From positions 1-61,220 of the forward strand of contig JAEDFV010000004.1 in NCBI GenBank assembly GCA_016297845.1: a DNA stretch of 61,220 bases. The letters run 5' to 3'. A program made the position numbers and the translations under genes. This document shows, in pieces, positions 18,476 to 28,577 of this stretch. Every line of letters starts with the position of its first letter. The stretch's first letter is position 1. The stretch is from Clostridia bacterium (GTDB lineage: Bacteria > Bacillota > Clostridia > Christensenellales > UBA1242). Under the pieces are notes generated by a model. That model ran no database searches. It saw only the letters and a list, made by a program, of their open reading frames with translations, and was not told where the DNA came from.

Positions 18476-18844
18476 CTATAATACTTCTGGCGCAAGTGAG
18501 ATAATCTTCATGTAGTTTTTATCACGAAGTTCTCTCGCAATAGGCCCGAAAATACGTGTTCCTTTTGGTTGTTTTTGGTTATCAATGATAACTGCTGCAT
18601 TATCATCAAATCTTATATGAGTTCCGTCTTGTCTTCTCAAACCTTTTGAGGTTCTAACAATAACTGCTTTAACAACGTCACCTTTTTTAACAACTCCGCC
18701 AGGAATTGCAGATTTTACTGATGCAACAATGACATCACCGATGTTCCCGCTTCTTCTATAAGAACCACCGAGAACACGAATACACATGATTTGTTTAGCG
18801 CCTGTGTTGTCGGCAACTTTTAATCTTGTTTGTGGTTGAACCAT
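18476..18844 (-). CDS. rplN: 50S ribosomal protein L14
   Basis: [17 protein letters not shown]. Confidence 0.97.
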   Translation of the reverse strand: MVQPQTRLKVADNTGAKQIMCIRVLGGSYRRSGNIGDVIVASVKSAIPGGVVKKGDVVKAVIVRTSKGLRRQDGTHIRFDDNAAVIIDNQKQPKGTRIFGPIARELRDKNYMKIISLAPEVL

Positions 18845-18853
18845 ATCTACCTC

Positions 18854-19120
18854 CTACTTCGCTTTCTCAACGATTCTGACTAAACGGTTATATTTATCTT
18901 TGCTCAATGGGCGAGTTTCCATAATTTCAACTGTATCGCCAATTCCGCAAACGTTTTCTTCATCGTGAACTTTGTATTTTTTAGTACTTTTAACAACTTT
19001 TTTATAGATTGGGTGCTTTTTGTTTTCAAGAACAGCAACAACAACAGTTTTATTCATTTTTCCAGCACTAACAACAAGTCCTTGTTTTGTTGGTCTGTTA
19101 TTTCTGATTTCTTTTTCCAT
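18854..19120 (-). CDS. rpsQ: 30S ribosomal protein S17
   Basis: Typical S17 sequence and position between rpmC and rplN. Confidence 0.96.
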   Translation of the reverse strand: MEKEIRNNRPTKQGLVVSAGKMNKTVVVAVLENKKHPIYKKVVKSTKKYKVHDEENVCGIGDTVEIMETRPLSKDKYNRLVRIVEKAK

Positions 19121-19130
19121 ACTTTACTCC

Positions 19131-19334
19131 TTACCCATTAACCTTTTTAATTTCTCTTTCGCGGATAATTGTTTTAACTCTAGCAATGTCTTTCTTTAAA
19201 TTGTGAAGTTGCATAGGGTTAGCTAAATTTCCTGTTGCGTGTGAGAAACGAAGATTAAATAGTTCAGCTTTTAATTCTTGTTCTTTTGTAATCAATTCTT
19301 CAGTTGTTAAATTTTTGATATCGTTTAATTTCAT
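19131..19334 (-). CDS. rpmC: 50S ribosomal protein L29
   Basis: [10 protein letters not shown]. Confidence 0.96.
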   Translation of the reverse strand: MKLNDIKNLTTEELITKEQELKAELFNLRFSHATGNLANPMQLHNLKKDIARVKTIIREREIKKVNG

Positions 19335-19768
19335 ACAGCACCACCTTCTGTTACGGTTTCGTCCTGCTTCTTGATAATCTTAGTCTTGCATGGCAATTTG
19401 TGGCTACCAAGTCTGAGAGCTTCTCTAGCAGTTGCTTCTGGTACACCAGCAATTTCAAAAAGAACTCTACCTGGTTTAACAACTGCAACCCAGAATTCTG
19501 GTGAACCTTTACCACTACCCATTCTTGTTTCAGCAGGTTTTTTTGTTACAGGCTTGTCTGGGAAAATTTTAATCCAAACTTTACCGCCTCTTTTTGTATA
19601 ACGTGTTATAGCGATACGAGCTGCTTCAATTTGATTAGATTTAATCCAGCATGGCTCTGTTGCAACAATACCGAATTCGCCATAAGCAAGAGTGTTGCCT
19701 CTTGTTGCAACGCCGGTCATTCTGCCTCTATGAACACGTCTTCTCTTAACTCTTTTAGGCATTAACAT
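19331..19768 (-). CDS. rplP: 50S ribosomal protein L16
   Basis: [17 protein letters not shown]. Confidence 0.97.
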   Translation of the reverse strand: MLMPKRVKRRRVHRGRMTGVATRGNTLAYGEFGIVATEPCWIKSNQIEAARIAITRYTKRGGKVWIKIFPDKPVTKKPAETRMGSGKGSPEFWVAVVKPGRVLFEIAGVPEATAREALRLGSHKLPCKTKIIKKQDETVTEGGAV

Positions 19769-20436
19769 TAGTTTATACCTCCTTTGTTTTCAGCGGATTT
19801 TTTACCAAGGATTTCACCTTTGTAAATCCAGCATTTAACACCGAGTTTTCCATAGTTTGTGTATGCCGCAGCAACACCATAATCTATGTCCGCTCTAAGT
19901 GTGTGTAATGGAAGAGAACCTTCCATATAGTTTTCAGTTCTTGCAATTGTGTTAGCGCCGTCAACAACACCACTAACTTGAACTTTACAACCTTTAGCGC
20001 CTGCTTTCATAACACGTTGAATTGCTTGTTTCAAAGCTCTTCTGAAAGCAACACGTTTTTCAAGTTGGCTTGCAATTCCTTCAGCAACAAGTGTTGCATC
20101 AAGGTCAGGTTTTTTAACTTCTTTTACATTAACGAAAAGTGTTTTAGCTCCAACCATTTTTGAAAGTTCTTTTTTAATTTCTTCAACGCCAGCACCTTTT
20201 GTACCAATTAACATACCAGGTCTACCAGTATTTAATGTAACAATTGTTTTAGTTGCTGTTCTTTCAATTTCAATGCTTGAAATTGCTGCGCCGTAATATT
20301 TTTTCTTAATAAATTTTCTGATTTCATCATCTTCTTTAAGATTTTTTGCAAAATCTTTTTTGTTAGCATACCAAGATGATTGCCAGGTTTTATTAACGCC
20401 TAATCTAAGTCCAACTGGACTAACTTTTTGTCCCAT
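19768..20436 (-). CDS. rpsC: 30S ribosomal protein S3
   Basis: [13 protein letters not shown]; KH domain. Confidence 0.97.
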   Translation of the reverse strand: MGQKVSPVGLRLGVNKTWQSSWYANKKDFAKNLKEDDEIRKFIKKKYYGAAISSIEIERTATKTIVTLNTGRPGMLIGTKGAGVEEIKKELSKMVGAKTLFVNVKEVKKPDLDATLVAEGIASQLEKRVAFRRALKQAIQRVMKAGAKGCKVQVSGVVDGANTIARTENYMEGSLPLHTLRADIDYGVAAAYTNYGKLGVKCWIYKGEILGKKSAENKGGIN

Positions 20437-20445
20437 CTTGACCTC

Positions 20446-20832
20446 CTACTCTTTTACATCAAGCACAATTGTAATGTGGCTTGTTCTTTTTAACATTCTA
20501 TCTGCTCTTCCACGTGCTCTGATGTTCAATCTTTTCATAATTGGACCTGGGCAAGCGTATGCTTCTGCAACATAAAGGTCTGCTCTGTTAAGTCCTTTGT
20601 TGTTTTCAGCATTAGCAATAGCAGATTTCAAGAGTTTTGCGCTAACTTCAGCTGCTGATTGAGGAGAATTTTCCAAAATAGCAAGCGCTTCTTCTGCATT
20701 TTTGCCTCTAACCATATCTAAAACAATTCTGATTTTAGATGGGCTCATGCGAACATATTTAACTTTAGCAAAAGGTCTGTTGTCTTTGTTAGCCTTTCTT
20801 GCTTCAGCTTTTTCTCTAATTCTTGTTGCCAT
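20446..20832 (-). CDS. rplV: 50S ribosomal protein L22
   Basis: VRMSPSKIRIVLDMVRGK. Confidence 0.96.
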   Translation of the reverse strand: MATRIREKAEARKANKDNRPFAKVKYVRMSPSKIRIVLDMVRGKNAEEALAILENSPQSAAEVSAKLLKSAIANAENNKGLNRADLYVAEAYACPGPIMKRLNIRARGRADRMLKRTSHITIVLDVKE

Positions 20833-20841
20833 TTAATCCTC

Positions 20842-21144
20842 CTAATTCTTTGCCTTCATAGCAGCAACTTTGCCACCACCCGACTTTTTATCTGCATGGC
20901 CTTTATAAGTTCTTGTTGGAGCAAATTCTCCAAGTTTATGGCCAATCATTTCTGCAGTGCAGTAAACAGGAACATGTTTTTTACCATTGTAAACTGCAAA
21001 TGTTGTTCCAACAAATTCTGGGTAGATAACTGATGCTCTAGACCATGTTTTGATTGGTTTTTTGTTGCCAGATGCATTGTTTTCTTCAACTCTTTTCAAG
21101 AGTTTTTCAAATACATAAGGTTTTTTCTTTAACGATCTGCTCAT
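20842..21144 (-). CDS. rpsS: 30S ribosomal protein S19
   Basis: [16 protein letters not shown]. Confidence 0.97.
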   Translation of the reverse strand: MSRSLKKKPYVFEKLLKRVEENNASGNKKPIKTWSRASVIYPEFVGTTFAVYNGKKHVPVYCTAEMIGHKLGEFAPTRTYKGHADKKSGGGKVAAMKAKN

Positions 21145-21153
21145 ATTCCTCTC

Positions 21154-21981
21154 CTAATTTTTCCTCTTAACAATCAACTTGTTAGAAGCTTTATTTTTCT
21201 TTCTTGTCTTAAGACCAAGTGCAGGTTTACCCCATGGAGTAACTGGTGAAGCCATACCAACAGGGCTCTTACCTTCACCACCACCGTGTGGGTGATCGTT
21301 AGGGTTCATAACAACACCACGAACAGATGGTCTGATTCCCATATGTCTCTTTCTTCCTGCTTTTCCAAGAGAAACAAGTTCATGGTCAAGGTTTCCAACT
21401 TGTCCAAGAGTTGCTCGGCAAGTCAAAAGAACTTTTCTCATTTCTCCGCTTGGCATTCTAAGTGTTGCATATCTTCCTTCTTTTGCCATAAGTTGAACTT
21501 CAGCGCCCGCACTACGCGCAAGTTGTCCACCTTTTCCTGGTTGAAGTTCAATGTTGTGTATAACTGAACCAACTGGAATAAGTTCAAGTGGAAGAGCGTT
21601 TCCGACTTTAATTTCAGCTTCACTGCCTGACATAACAATGTCACCAACATTCAAACCAATAGGTGCTAAAATGTATCTCTTTTCACCATCAACATAGTTC
21701 AAAAGCGCAATGTATGCTGTTCTGTTTGGGTCATATTCAATTGAAACAACTTTTGCTGGAATTCCATCTTTGTTTCTCTTGAAATCGATAATTCTGTATT
21801 TTTTTCTGTTTCCTCCACCAATGTGGCGAACAGTTATTTTTCCTTGCGCATTTCTTCCAGCGGATTTTTTAATAGGCGCAAGCAAACTTTTTTCTGGCTT
21901 ATCTGTAGTTATTTCTTCAAAAGTTGCAGAAGAATAAAATCTACGGCCAGCACTTGTTGGATTACTTTTCTTAATAGCCAT
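21154..21981 (-). CDS. rplB: 50S ribosomal protein L2
   Basis: [14 protein letters not shown]. Confidence 0.97.
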   Translation of the reverse strand: MAIKKSNPTSAGRRFYSSATFEEITTDKPEKSLLAPIKKSAGRNAQGKITVRHIGGGNRKKYRIIDFKRNKDGIPAKVVSIEYDPNRTAYIALLNYVDGEKRYILAPIGLNVGDIVMSGSEAEIKVGNALPLELIPVGSVIHNIELQPGKGGQLARSAGAEVQLMAKEGRYATLRMPSGEMRKVLLTCRATLGQVGNLDHELVSLGKAGRKRHMGIRPSVRGVVMNPNDHPHGGGEGKSPVGMASPVTPWGKPALGLKTRKKNKASNKLIVKRKN

Positions 21982-22002
21982 TTTTTAATCTCCTTTTAAC
22001 CT

Positions 22003-22305
22003 TTAAGATAAACTTTCGAAGAATGCAATTGGTTTTGAATCTTTTTTAAGTGTTACAATTGCTTTTTTGTAATCGCTTGTTTTACCAACTGTTCTTCCTT
22101 TCTTTGTGTTTTGACATTTTTCATGTCCTTTTACATTCAAAGTGTTAACACTTTCAACATCAACTTTGAAAATTTCTTCAACTGCGCGTCTGATATCAAC
22201 TTTTGTTGCATTTTTGTCAACAATGAATGTATAGATTTTATCGCTAATCTTTGCATAACTCTTTTCTGATAAAAGAGGTTTTTTAATGATTTCGTATGCG
22301 TTCAT
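22003..22305 (-). CDS. rplW: 50S ribosomal protein L23
   Basis: Typical L23 sequence and position. Confidence 0.96.
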   Translation of the reverse strand: MNAYEIIKKPLLSEKSYAKISDKIYTFIVDKNATKVDIRRAVEEIFKVDVESVNTLNVKGHEKCQNTKKGRTVGKTSDYKKAIVTLKKDSKPIAFFESLS

Positions 22306-22931
22306 TAGTTATATGCCTCCTCTAATGATTTAACTGCATCTTTTGTTAATACAACTTTGTTGTTTGCAACAACATCATAAGTTGAAAGTAACTCTGCAAT
22401 TTGGATTTGTACATTTTGAAGGTTTCCTGCTGCTCTCAAAGCATCTTCATTCTTTTTGTCAGTTACGATGACAACAGATTTGTCAAGTTTAAGAGCATTT
22501 AAGAAATTAACAACTTCTTTTGTTTTTGCTTCTGCAAGTTTAAATTCGTCCAAGAAAAGGATTTCATTTTGTCTAAGTTTTTCGCTCATAGCTGAAGCAA
22601 AAGCGATTTTCTTAACTTGCTTGTTCAATTTCTTTGTGAAATCGCGTGGTTTTGGAGCAAAAACAACACCGCCACCTTTGTATTCTGGTGATTTTGTTGA
22701 ACCATGTCTTGCTCTACCAGTATGTTTTTGTCTGTATGGTTTTTTAGCGTGTCCTCTAACTTCGCTTCTTGTAAGTGCTGATTTTGAACCTTGACGTTGA
22801 TTTGCATTGTAAGCAACAACAACTTCATGGATTAATGGTTCGTTGTAATCAACTGCGAAAAGGTTGTCTGAAAGATTTAATTTGCCAACTTCTTCGCCAT
22901 TCATGTTTAATAATTTTGCTGAAACTGCCAT
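22305..22931 (-). CDS. rplD: 50S ribosomal protein L4
   Basis: RQGSKSALTRSEVRGHAKKPYRQKHTGRAR. Confidence 0.97.
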   Translation of the reverse strand: MAVSAKLLNMNGEEVGKLNLSDNLFAVDYNEPLIHEVVVAYNANQRQGSKSALTRSEVRGHAKKPYRQKHTGRARHGSTKSPEYKGGGVVFAPKPRDFTKKLNKQVKKIAFASAMSEKLRQNEILFLDEFKLAEAKTKEVVNFLNALKLDKSVVIVTDKKNEDALRAAGNLQNVQIQIAELLSTYDVVANNKVVLTKDAVKSLEEAYN

Positions 22932-22940
22932 ATCTTCATC

Positions 22941-23573
22941 CTACCTTTTAACCGCTTCTTTAATTGTTACGATTGAACCTTTTGGACCAGGAACACAACC
23001 TTTTATTAAAAGAATGTTTCTGTCTGAGTCAACTTTAACAACTTCAAGATTTTGGATTGTAACTTTTTCTGCGCCATAATGTCCTGGCATTTTTTTGTTT
23101 TTGAAAACTCTTGATGGTGTACTGTTAGCGCCCATTGAACCAACTTCTCTGTGAACAGGGCCAACACCGTGGGTCATTTTCAATCTGTGAGCATTCCATC
23201 TTTGGATATTTCCTGTGAACCCACGACCACGTGTTGTTCCAGAAACATCAACAATGTCGTTCTCTGCGAAAATGTCAGCTTTTATCTCTTTTCCGATTTC
23301 ATAATCAGCAGAATTTTCAAATTTAAATTCTCTCAAGATTTTTGCTGGTTGAACGCCTGCCTTTTTCAAAACACCAAGTTGTGCTTTGTTTAATCTGTTT
23401 TCTTTTGTTTGGTTGAATGCAACAACAACTGCTTCGTAACCATCTTTTTCATTGGTTTTCTTTTGAACAACCGAACATGGACCTGCTTCAACAACTGTTA
23501 CAGGCACAACTAAACCATCAGGCGTGAAGATTTGAGTCATGCCAAGTTTTTTGCCTAAAATTGCTTTTTTCAT
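22941..23573 (-). CDS. rplC: 50S ribosomal protein L3
   Basis: KKLGMTQIF...VTVVEAGPC. Confidence 0.97.
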   Translation of the reverse strand: MKKAILGKKLGMTQIFTPDGLVVPVTVVEAGPCSVVQKKTNEKDGYEAVVVAFNQTKENRLNKAQLGVLKKAGVQPAKILREFKFENSADYEIGKEIKADIFAENDIVDVSGTTRGRGFTGNIQRWNAHRLKMTHGVGPVHREVGSMGANSTPSRVFKNKKMPGHYGAEKVTIQNLEVVKVDSDRNILLIKGCVPGPKGSIVTIKEAVKR

Positions 23574-23587
23574 TTTATCTTCTCTCC

Positions 23588-23896
23588 TTATAGTTTAATT
23601 TTTACGTCAACACCTGCTGGCAAATCTAATCTCATAAGAGAGTCAACTGCTTTTTGTGTTGGACTATAAATATCAATCATTCTTTTGTGTGTTCTGCACT
23701 CGAATTGTTCACGACTGTCTTTGTGTTTATGTGGTGAACGAATGATTGTAACCACTTCTCTGTCTGTTGGAAGTGGAATAGGCCCTGCGACTTTTGAACC
23801 ATTTTTGTTTGCTGTATCAATTATTTTAGCGCATGCTAAATCTAGCAAAACATGGTCATAGGCTTTAAGTTTAATTCTTATTTTTTGCGATGCCAT
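23588..23896 (-). CDS. rpsJ: 30S ribosomal protein S10
   Basis: [11 protein letters not shown]; first gene of the S10 cluster. Confidence 0.97.
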   Translation of the reverse strand: MASQKIRIKLKAYDHVLLDLACAKIIDTANKNGSKVAGPIPLPTDREVVTIIRSPHKHKDSREQFECRTHKRMIDIYSPTQKAVDSLMRLDLPAGVDVKIKL

Positions 23897-24166
23897 TTTT
23901 TCCTCCTGTCTAAACTAATTTCCCCTTAAGGCGACTCAAAAAAAATATTTCCTGCCTAAAAACAGTTTCAGAAGCAATATCTGACTTATCCTCAAAGCAA
24001 GTTTTAACAACGTTTCCGTGTGTGTCGCGCTGATGAACAAAAAAAATATGCTTTTTTGAGGGGCGCTTTGGTCTTGCCAAAACTTGTCGTTGTGAATTCT
24101 CTTTTCAAACGCTCGCATAGTCTGAAAAGTAACCTCACAAGTCTTTCCTTTTCATTCAGCGTGATT

Positions 24167-24195
24167 ATGATACAATAAAAAACAAGCAATGTCAA
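24167..24195 (-). promoter_or_regulatory. sigma-A-type promoter of the S10 superoperon, giving a ~265-nt leader
   Basis: On the minus strand, TTGACA (24195-24190), 17 nt, TATCAT (24172-24167). Confidence 0.55.
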
Positions 24196-24284
24196 CTGTT
24201 TTTTAAAAAATTTTTTATGAAATTTATATAAATATAAAATGATATATTAAAGATAATATTATATTAAGAGACAAAAATTAACTA

Positions 24285-24313
24285 TTGACAAATATTGATT
24301 ATAGGTCTATAAT
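24285..24313 (+). promoter_or_regulatory. perfect-consensus sigma-A promoter for the 1086-aa ORF
   Basis: TTGACA (24285-24290), 17 nt, TATAAT (24308-24313). The SD is AGGAG before ATG 24355. Confidence 0.7.
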
Positions 24314-24354
24314 TTACACGAATAAAAAATGACTGCTATAGGAGTTAATTTAAA

Positions 24355-27300
24355 ATGGCAAAGAATAATAAATATCAAAAGAAAAATAGAAGCAGACTTT
24401 TCGGAGGACTTGTGGGTCTCTGTTTAGCTGGTGCAACATTATCAACTGGTATTGCAGGTCTCGCATCAGAAAAGGCGAGAATGTTTATCGCAGACACCGC
24501 AAAAAAAGCTGTTGACAAAAACACATATATCCAGGCTTTTGACGATGTGGTTGGCTGGGGACAAAGCATTGTTGACAATCTCAAAGGTAAAGGCATTTCT
24601 GCAAACATACCTGCTGGTGTGACAGATGAAAATGTTCAAGATTCTGAAATTCCAGCAGACGTTCAAAGCAATTCTGAAACAACAACAGGTGTCACTCAAT
24701 CAAATACTAACGCATCGACAGCTGGAACAGTAGAAAACAATCAAAACGTAGGAAATGAAGTTGATTCAATAGCAAAGAATATCGCCGAAAGTGCTCATGA
24801 CAATTCCCAAAAACTTGGAGAAACAGACCTCATAAATAAATCAAACGAACAATTAAAGTCTGATATTTATAAAAAGGTCCAAGAGCTTCTTCAAGGAAAC
24901 AGTTCTTTGTCACGTTTTAGTACTCAATTTGACACCATCGATGAAGTTAAAAGTATCATGGAAAAAACTCTCGCTGAAAAGAATGGCGAAACTTCAACCA
25001 TAACTACCCCATCTCTTTATGATTACAAAAATTTCTCAGATGAAATTTCAACAAATAAAGAATTCAATAAAGCAATAAATATTGCAATATCAAACTACAG
25101 CATGTTAAATTCTGTAGAACAAAAAGCAGAAAATGATAAAACTGGCGACATAACCCCTATTGAAGAAATTGAATCTGATATTGAAAGAGAAACACCAGAC
25201 CAAGGCACATTTGTTCAAGCATATGACACCCAAAGGTCCCAAGTTAAAGTAGGGCTTGCAGGTGCGCTTGTTGGAGTTGGTCTTGCATCATTTGCAGTTT
25301 TTGAATTATTAAAAAGAAGACTTGCAAAAGGTAGTGAAGCAAGAAAATCCGAAACTAGATTCTATATGGGACAAAGAAATGTCCGTTCCGCAGAAAAGCT
25401 TTCAAGAATCGAACAAGAAATTGATAGTAGAAACAAAAAAATCAGATCACTCAAAGAGAAAAACGTTAGAAGTAACAACAAAATTAATAATAGCGTAAGA
25501 GATTTAAAAATACAGACTCAACTTAAAAAAATTGCAAAGCTTGAAAAGAAAGAGTCAAAACTTGAAGAAAAATGCTACAGAGCATCAAAATATTCAGCGG
25601 ATAAAAACAAGGAAACAAATTATAAATATCTAAAACGTTATACTTCTCGCGCATTCAATCTTGAACTAAATAGTTTTGTAAACAGAGTTAGAGGAAAAAA
25701 ACGTAGAACTTTCTTTAATAATGAATCAAGACTTGGTTTGGAAACTTATGCAAATGTTTTAAAGGCTGGAAATTATTTTGCAAAATATAAAATTTCAAAT
25801 AAAAGCAGAGACTTGAAAAAACTAATTAAACATTTAAATAACCTTTCAGAACAACAACGTAAATTAATTTTTGACCCACATGTTTATTTTGCAGAATCAA
25901 TCGATATGAAAGGATTCCAACAAAAAGAAGAATTTGGAAGATTAATCATTAAAGAAACTGACAAAAATCACAGAGGAACAAACTCAAATGATAATTATGC
26001 TGTTCCAAGACTTCCTCTTTCAATGGACAGATATTTCCAAACACCAGATACCCTTCCAGAAAAAGAATATCATGTGTTTAGAAATATGTTCAATAAGTTA
26101 CACAAACAATTCCCTAACGCAGAAAAAGGAACAATTTACACAACAATTTCTTATCAATACACAGGCAATGCTGGCGAAATAAAAACAAGCACTTATCATT
26201 TTGCTTTTAATAACAAGAAAGCATCAAAAATGTTTAAGGATATGATTATATCCAAAGTTGGATCACTTTCTAACTTAAAGCACGTTGAAGTAAGTGAAAC
26301 AACAGTGACACCTTATACAATTAAGGAAAACACAAAAATTTTCGCAGGTGAAAACAAAGAAAAGTCTGGTCCAAATTATGGCGGGACAATTGAACAATTT
26401 AAGTTTGAATATGCTTTAAACAAACAAATAAAACTTCTTGAAGAATTAAGAAAATTAAATCAAACATTCACAAAAGTTGATATGGCTGATAACCTTGTTG
26501 CAAGACAACTTAGTGGACGTGAAAGCCTTCTTGATGGAAAGAACAAAATGGATTTGATAGCAGAAAAGAAGGTTGGATTCTTTAAAAGAAAATCAATTGA
26601 ACGCAAAGCAAGAAAACAGATTGAAAAAGAATACAAAGAAAGAAATGAACAACAACTCAATCAAAGCATTGCTTCACAAAATTCAGAACTAAATAACCAA
26701 AGTGCTATTTCTGACCCACAACTTGCTGCGTTTATTGAAGAACGTGAAAAGGATTTAGGTATAAGAAGAAAAAAAGAAGACAAATTAAAACCTTTGGCTG
26801 AAGAAGCTAAAAAAGCTAAGAAAAAAGCTGAAAAAGAACAGAAAAAAGCTGAAAAAGAACAGAAAAAGTTGGAAAGAAAAAACAAGAATGTTCAAGAACC
26901 TAAAACTGTTGAACAACCTGTTCAAGAACAAACTACAAATTCAGCAACAAAACCTGCTCCATCTATTCAAAAGACTAAACAACCTGAAGCAGTTGCAAAA
27001 CCTGTTCAAGAACCAAAAATAAACAAAGTTCCAGAAACAAAACCAACAAAAAGTGTTGAGCAAGAAGAACATAAAGTTGCAAATAAAAAAGTAATAACAA
27101 AAACTGAACCTGAACAACCTTCAATTGATATCCCACCATACAATCCTCCACCGGTAGACACGACGGCAAGAATTAAGGATGAATTTGATGATATGTTTGT
27201 TGAAGGCACAGTTGTAGAAGACGACCCAAAACTTCCAACTGATTTTAACACAAAAGTGAAATCACCTTGGGATAGCGCAGTTGTAACAGCAGAAGTTGTT

Positions 27301-27615
27301 GATGAAAAGAAAGAAGAACAACTTTACATTAACAACGAACTTAAGAAAATTGAAGAAAAGTTCTTGCTAGAACAAGAAAACAATAAACTTAAAGAGAAAA
27401 TTGCTAAACTTCAAAAATCTGTTGCTCAAAATGAAACAACAAAGAAGAGTTCAAAGAAAAAAGCTTTATCCCCAAAAGTTGAAAACACTGTATCAGCACA
27501 AACAATACAAACTGCTACTGCTACTCAGGATAGAACAAAAAAATCAAATCCAACTCAATCAAAAACAAAAACACAAACAAGTGGAACAAAAAAACCTGAG
27601 GAAATGGAACCTTAA
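24355..27615 (+). CDS. large lineage-specific membrane-anchored protein (1086 aa), no recognisable domain
   Basis: Two hydrophobic helices (about aa 15-37 and 297-318). A Ser/Thr/Asn/Asp-rich segment lies between them, followed by a Lys/Glu coiled-coil-like region, a central non-repetitive block and a PVQE/Pro-rich low-complexity tail. Confidence 0.8.
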   Translation: MAKNNKYQKKNRSRLFGGLVGLCLAGATLSTGIAGLASEKARMFIADTAKKAVDKNTYIQAFDDVVGWGQSIVDNLKGKGISANIPAGVTDENVQDSEIPADVQSNSETTTGVTQSNTNASTAGTVENNQNVGNEVDSIAKNIAESAHDNSQKLGETDLINKSNEQLKSDIYKKVQELLQGNSSLSRFSTQFDTIDEVKSIMEKTLAEKNGETSTITTPSLYDYKNFSDEISTNKEFNKAINIAISNYSMLNSVEQKAENDKTGDITPIEEIESDIERETPDQGTFVQAYDTQRSQVKVGLAGALVGVGLASFAVFELLKRRLAKGSEARKSETRFYMGQRNVRSAEKLSRIEQEIDSRNKKIRSLKEKNVRSNNKINNSVRDLKIQTQLKKIAKLEKKESKLEEKCYRASKYSADKNKETNYKYLKRYTSRAFNLELNSFVNRVRGKKRRTFFNNESRLGLETYANVLKAGNYFAKYKISNKSRDLKKLIKHLNNLSEQQRKLIFDPHVYFAESIDMKGFQQKEEFGRLIIKETDKNHRGTNSNDNYAVPRLPLSMDRYFQTPDTLPEKEYHVFRNMFNKLHKQFPNAEKGTIYTTISYQYTGNAGEIKTSTYHFAFNNKKASKMFKDMIISKVGSLSNLKHVEVSETTVTPYTIKENTKIFAGENKEKSGPNYGGTIEQFKFEYALNKQIKLLEELRKLNQTFTKVDMADNLVARQLSGRESLLDGKNKMDLIAEKKVGFFKRKSIERKARKQIEKEYKERNEQQLNQSIASQNSELNNQSAISDPQLAAFIEEREKDLGIRRKKEDKLKPLAEEAKKAKKKAEKEQKKAEKEQKKLERKNKNVQEPKTVEQPVQEQTTNSATKPAPSIQKTKQPEAVAKPVQEPKINKVPETKPTKSVEQEEHKVANKKVITKTEPEQPSIDIPPYNPPPVDTTARIKDEFDDMFVEGTVVEDDPKLPTDFNTKVKSPWDSAVVTAEVVDEKKEEQLYINNELKKIEEKFLLEQENNKLKEKIAKLQKSVAQNETTKKSSKKKALSPKVENTVSAQTIQTATATQDRTKKSNPTQSKTKTQTSGTKKPEEMEP
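26821..26862 (+). repeat. 21-nt x2 in-frame tandem repeat (KKAEKEQ KKAEKEQ)
   Basis: AAAAAAGCTGAAAAAGAACAG occurs twice in tandem inside the 1086-aa ORF. Confidence 0.9.
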
Positions 27616-27618
27616 TAA

Positions 27619-27650
27619 TAAACCAGCATTAATTGCTGGTTTTATTTTGT
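27619..27650 (+). terminator. rho-independent terminator after the 1086-aa ORF
   Basis: AACCAGCA-TTAAT-TGCTGGTT followed by TTATTTTGTTTTT. Confidence 0.8.
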
Positions 27651-27664
27651 TTTTATAAAAAATA

Positions 27665-27673
27665 TGCTAAAAT
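27665..27673 (+). promoter_or_regulatory. extended -10 element 6 nt upstream of the lgt ATG (leaderless candidate)
   Basis: TGcTAAAAT, then gtttcc, then ATG 27680, with no SD. Confidence 0.4.
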
Positions 27674-27679
27674 GTTTCC

Positions 27680-28549
27680 ATGAAACAATTTATTAACAAT
27701 CCAGGTTTTTATATAGGCCAACTCCACATCGCTTGGTATGGACTCATCATGGCCAGTTCAATGGCACTCGCTGTCTTGCTGACATATTTTCTTTTTTGCA
27801 AATGTCGTTCTATAAAGAACTCAGACCTATTAATTTGTGCACTTTATGTCTTGCCTTTAGCAGTTATTGGTGCGAGATTTTTCTATGTCGTCTTCAATCC
27901 AAACGGCATACAATATTCGTTTGTTGATGCCTTGAAAATTTGGGAAGGCGGAATGTCGATTTGGGGCGGAGTTATAGGAGGATTCCTTGGAGTGTTGGTT
28001 TTCTGTCTTATTCACAAAAGAAATCTTCTCTCAATGTGCGATGTAATAGCTCCTGCTCTAATACTTTCCCAAGCTATTGGGCGCTGGGGAAACTATATAA
28101 ACAAAGAAGCATATGGTTGGGAAGTTTTTGATTCAAGATTTTTTGGACTGCCATTCACCGTTGAAGTCGGCGGACATTATTATCTTGCAACCTTCCTATT
28201 TGAATCGGTTTTAAATTTAATTGGTTTCGCAGTTTTGGTTACTTTGTTATACAAAACAAAAAAGCATGGACTTGTCATGTCTGTATATCTTATGTGGTAT
28301 GGAGTTGTTCGCTCAATAATTGAAATTTTCAGAACCGACCCAATGATGATTGGTTCAGTAAAGTTCTCCCAAATGATGAGCATAATTTCAGCATGTGTTG
28401 GGGCTGGGATTTTCATATATATTTTCATTCGTGACGCAAAACTAAAAAAACAAGATAAAAAAACGGTAACAGAGAACGTTAACAATTCGCAATTAAAAAA
28501 ACAAAAACAAGAAAACAGCAACAAAAATAAAAATAATTTACAGAAATGA
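27680..28549 (+). CDS. lgt: prolipoprotein diacylglyceryl transferase
   Basis: WEGGMSIWGGVIGG and AIGRWGNYINKEAYG; multi-TM. Confidence 0.9.
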   Translation: MKQFINNPGFYIGQLHIAWYGLIMASSMALAVLLTYFLFCKCRSIKNSDLLICALYVLPLAVIGARFFYVVFNPNGIQYSFVDALKIWEGGMSIWGGVIGGFLGVLVFCLIHKRNLLSMCDVIAPALILSQAIGRWGNYINKEAYGWEVFDSRFFGLPFTVEVGGHYYLATFLFESVLNLIGFAVLVTLLYKTKKHGLVMSVYLMWYGVVRSIIEIFRTDPMMIGSVKFSQMMSIISACVGAGIFIYIFIRDAKLKKQDKKTVTENVNNSQLKKQKQENSNKNKNNLQK

Positions 28550-28577
28550 TTGACTTAATTAAAAACCTATGCTAAAT
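28550..28577 (+). promoter_or_regulatory. sigma-A-type promoter for tRNA-Trp
   Basis: TTGACT (28550-28555), 16 nt, TGcTAAATT (28569-28577). Confidence 0.5.

Noticed and set aside
18012-18515. 167-aa plus-strand ORF opposite rplX/rplN, and similar plus-strand ORFs throughout the ribosomal operon (8352-8639, 9716-10039, 15597-15908, 22456-22794 and others).
   Set aside because: All are antisense to unmistakable r-protein genes. Their Phe/Ser/Leu-rich compositions are typical of the reverse complement of Lys/Glu-rich genes, and they have no RBS.
23936-24195. Two 60-63-aa minus-strand ORFs in the rpsJ upstream region.
   Set aside because: They have no SD, they overlap each other in different frames, and they lie inside what is better explained as the S10 operon leader.
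26821-26862. Short tandem DNA repeats that could be mistaken for a CRISPR or VNTR array.
   Set aside because: There are only two 21-nt units with no spacers. They are in frame inside the 1086-aa ORF and encode KKAEKEQ twice.
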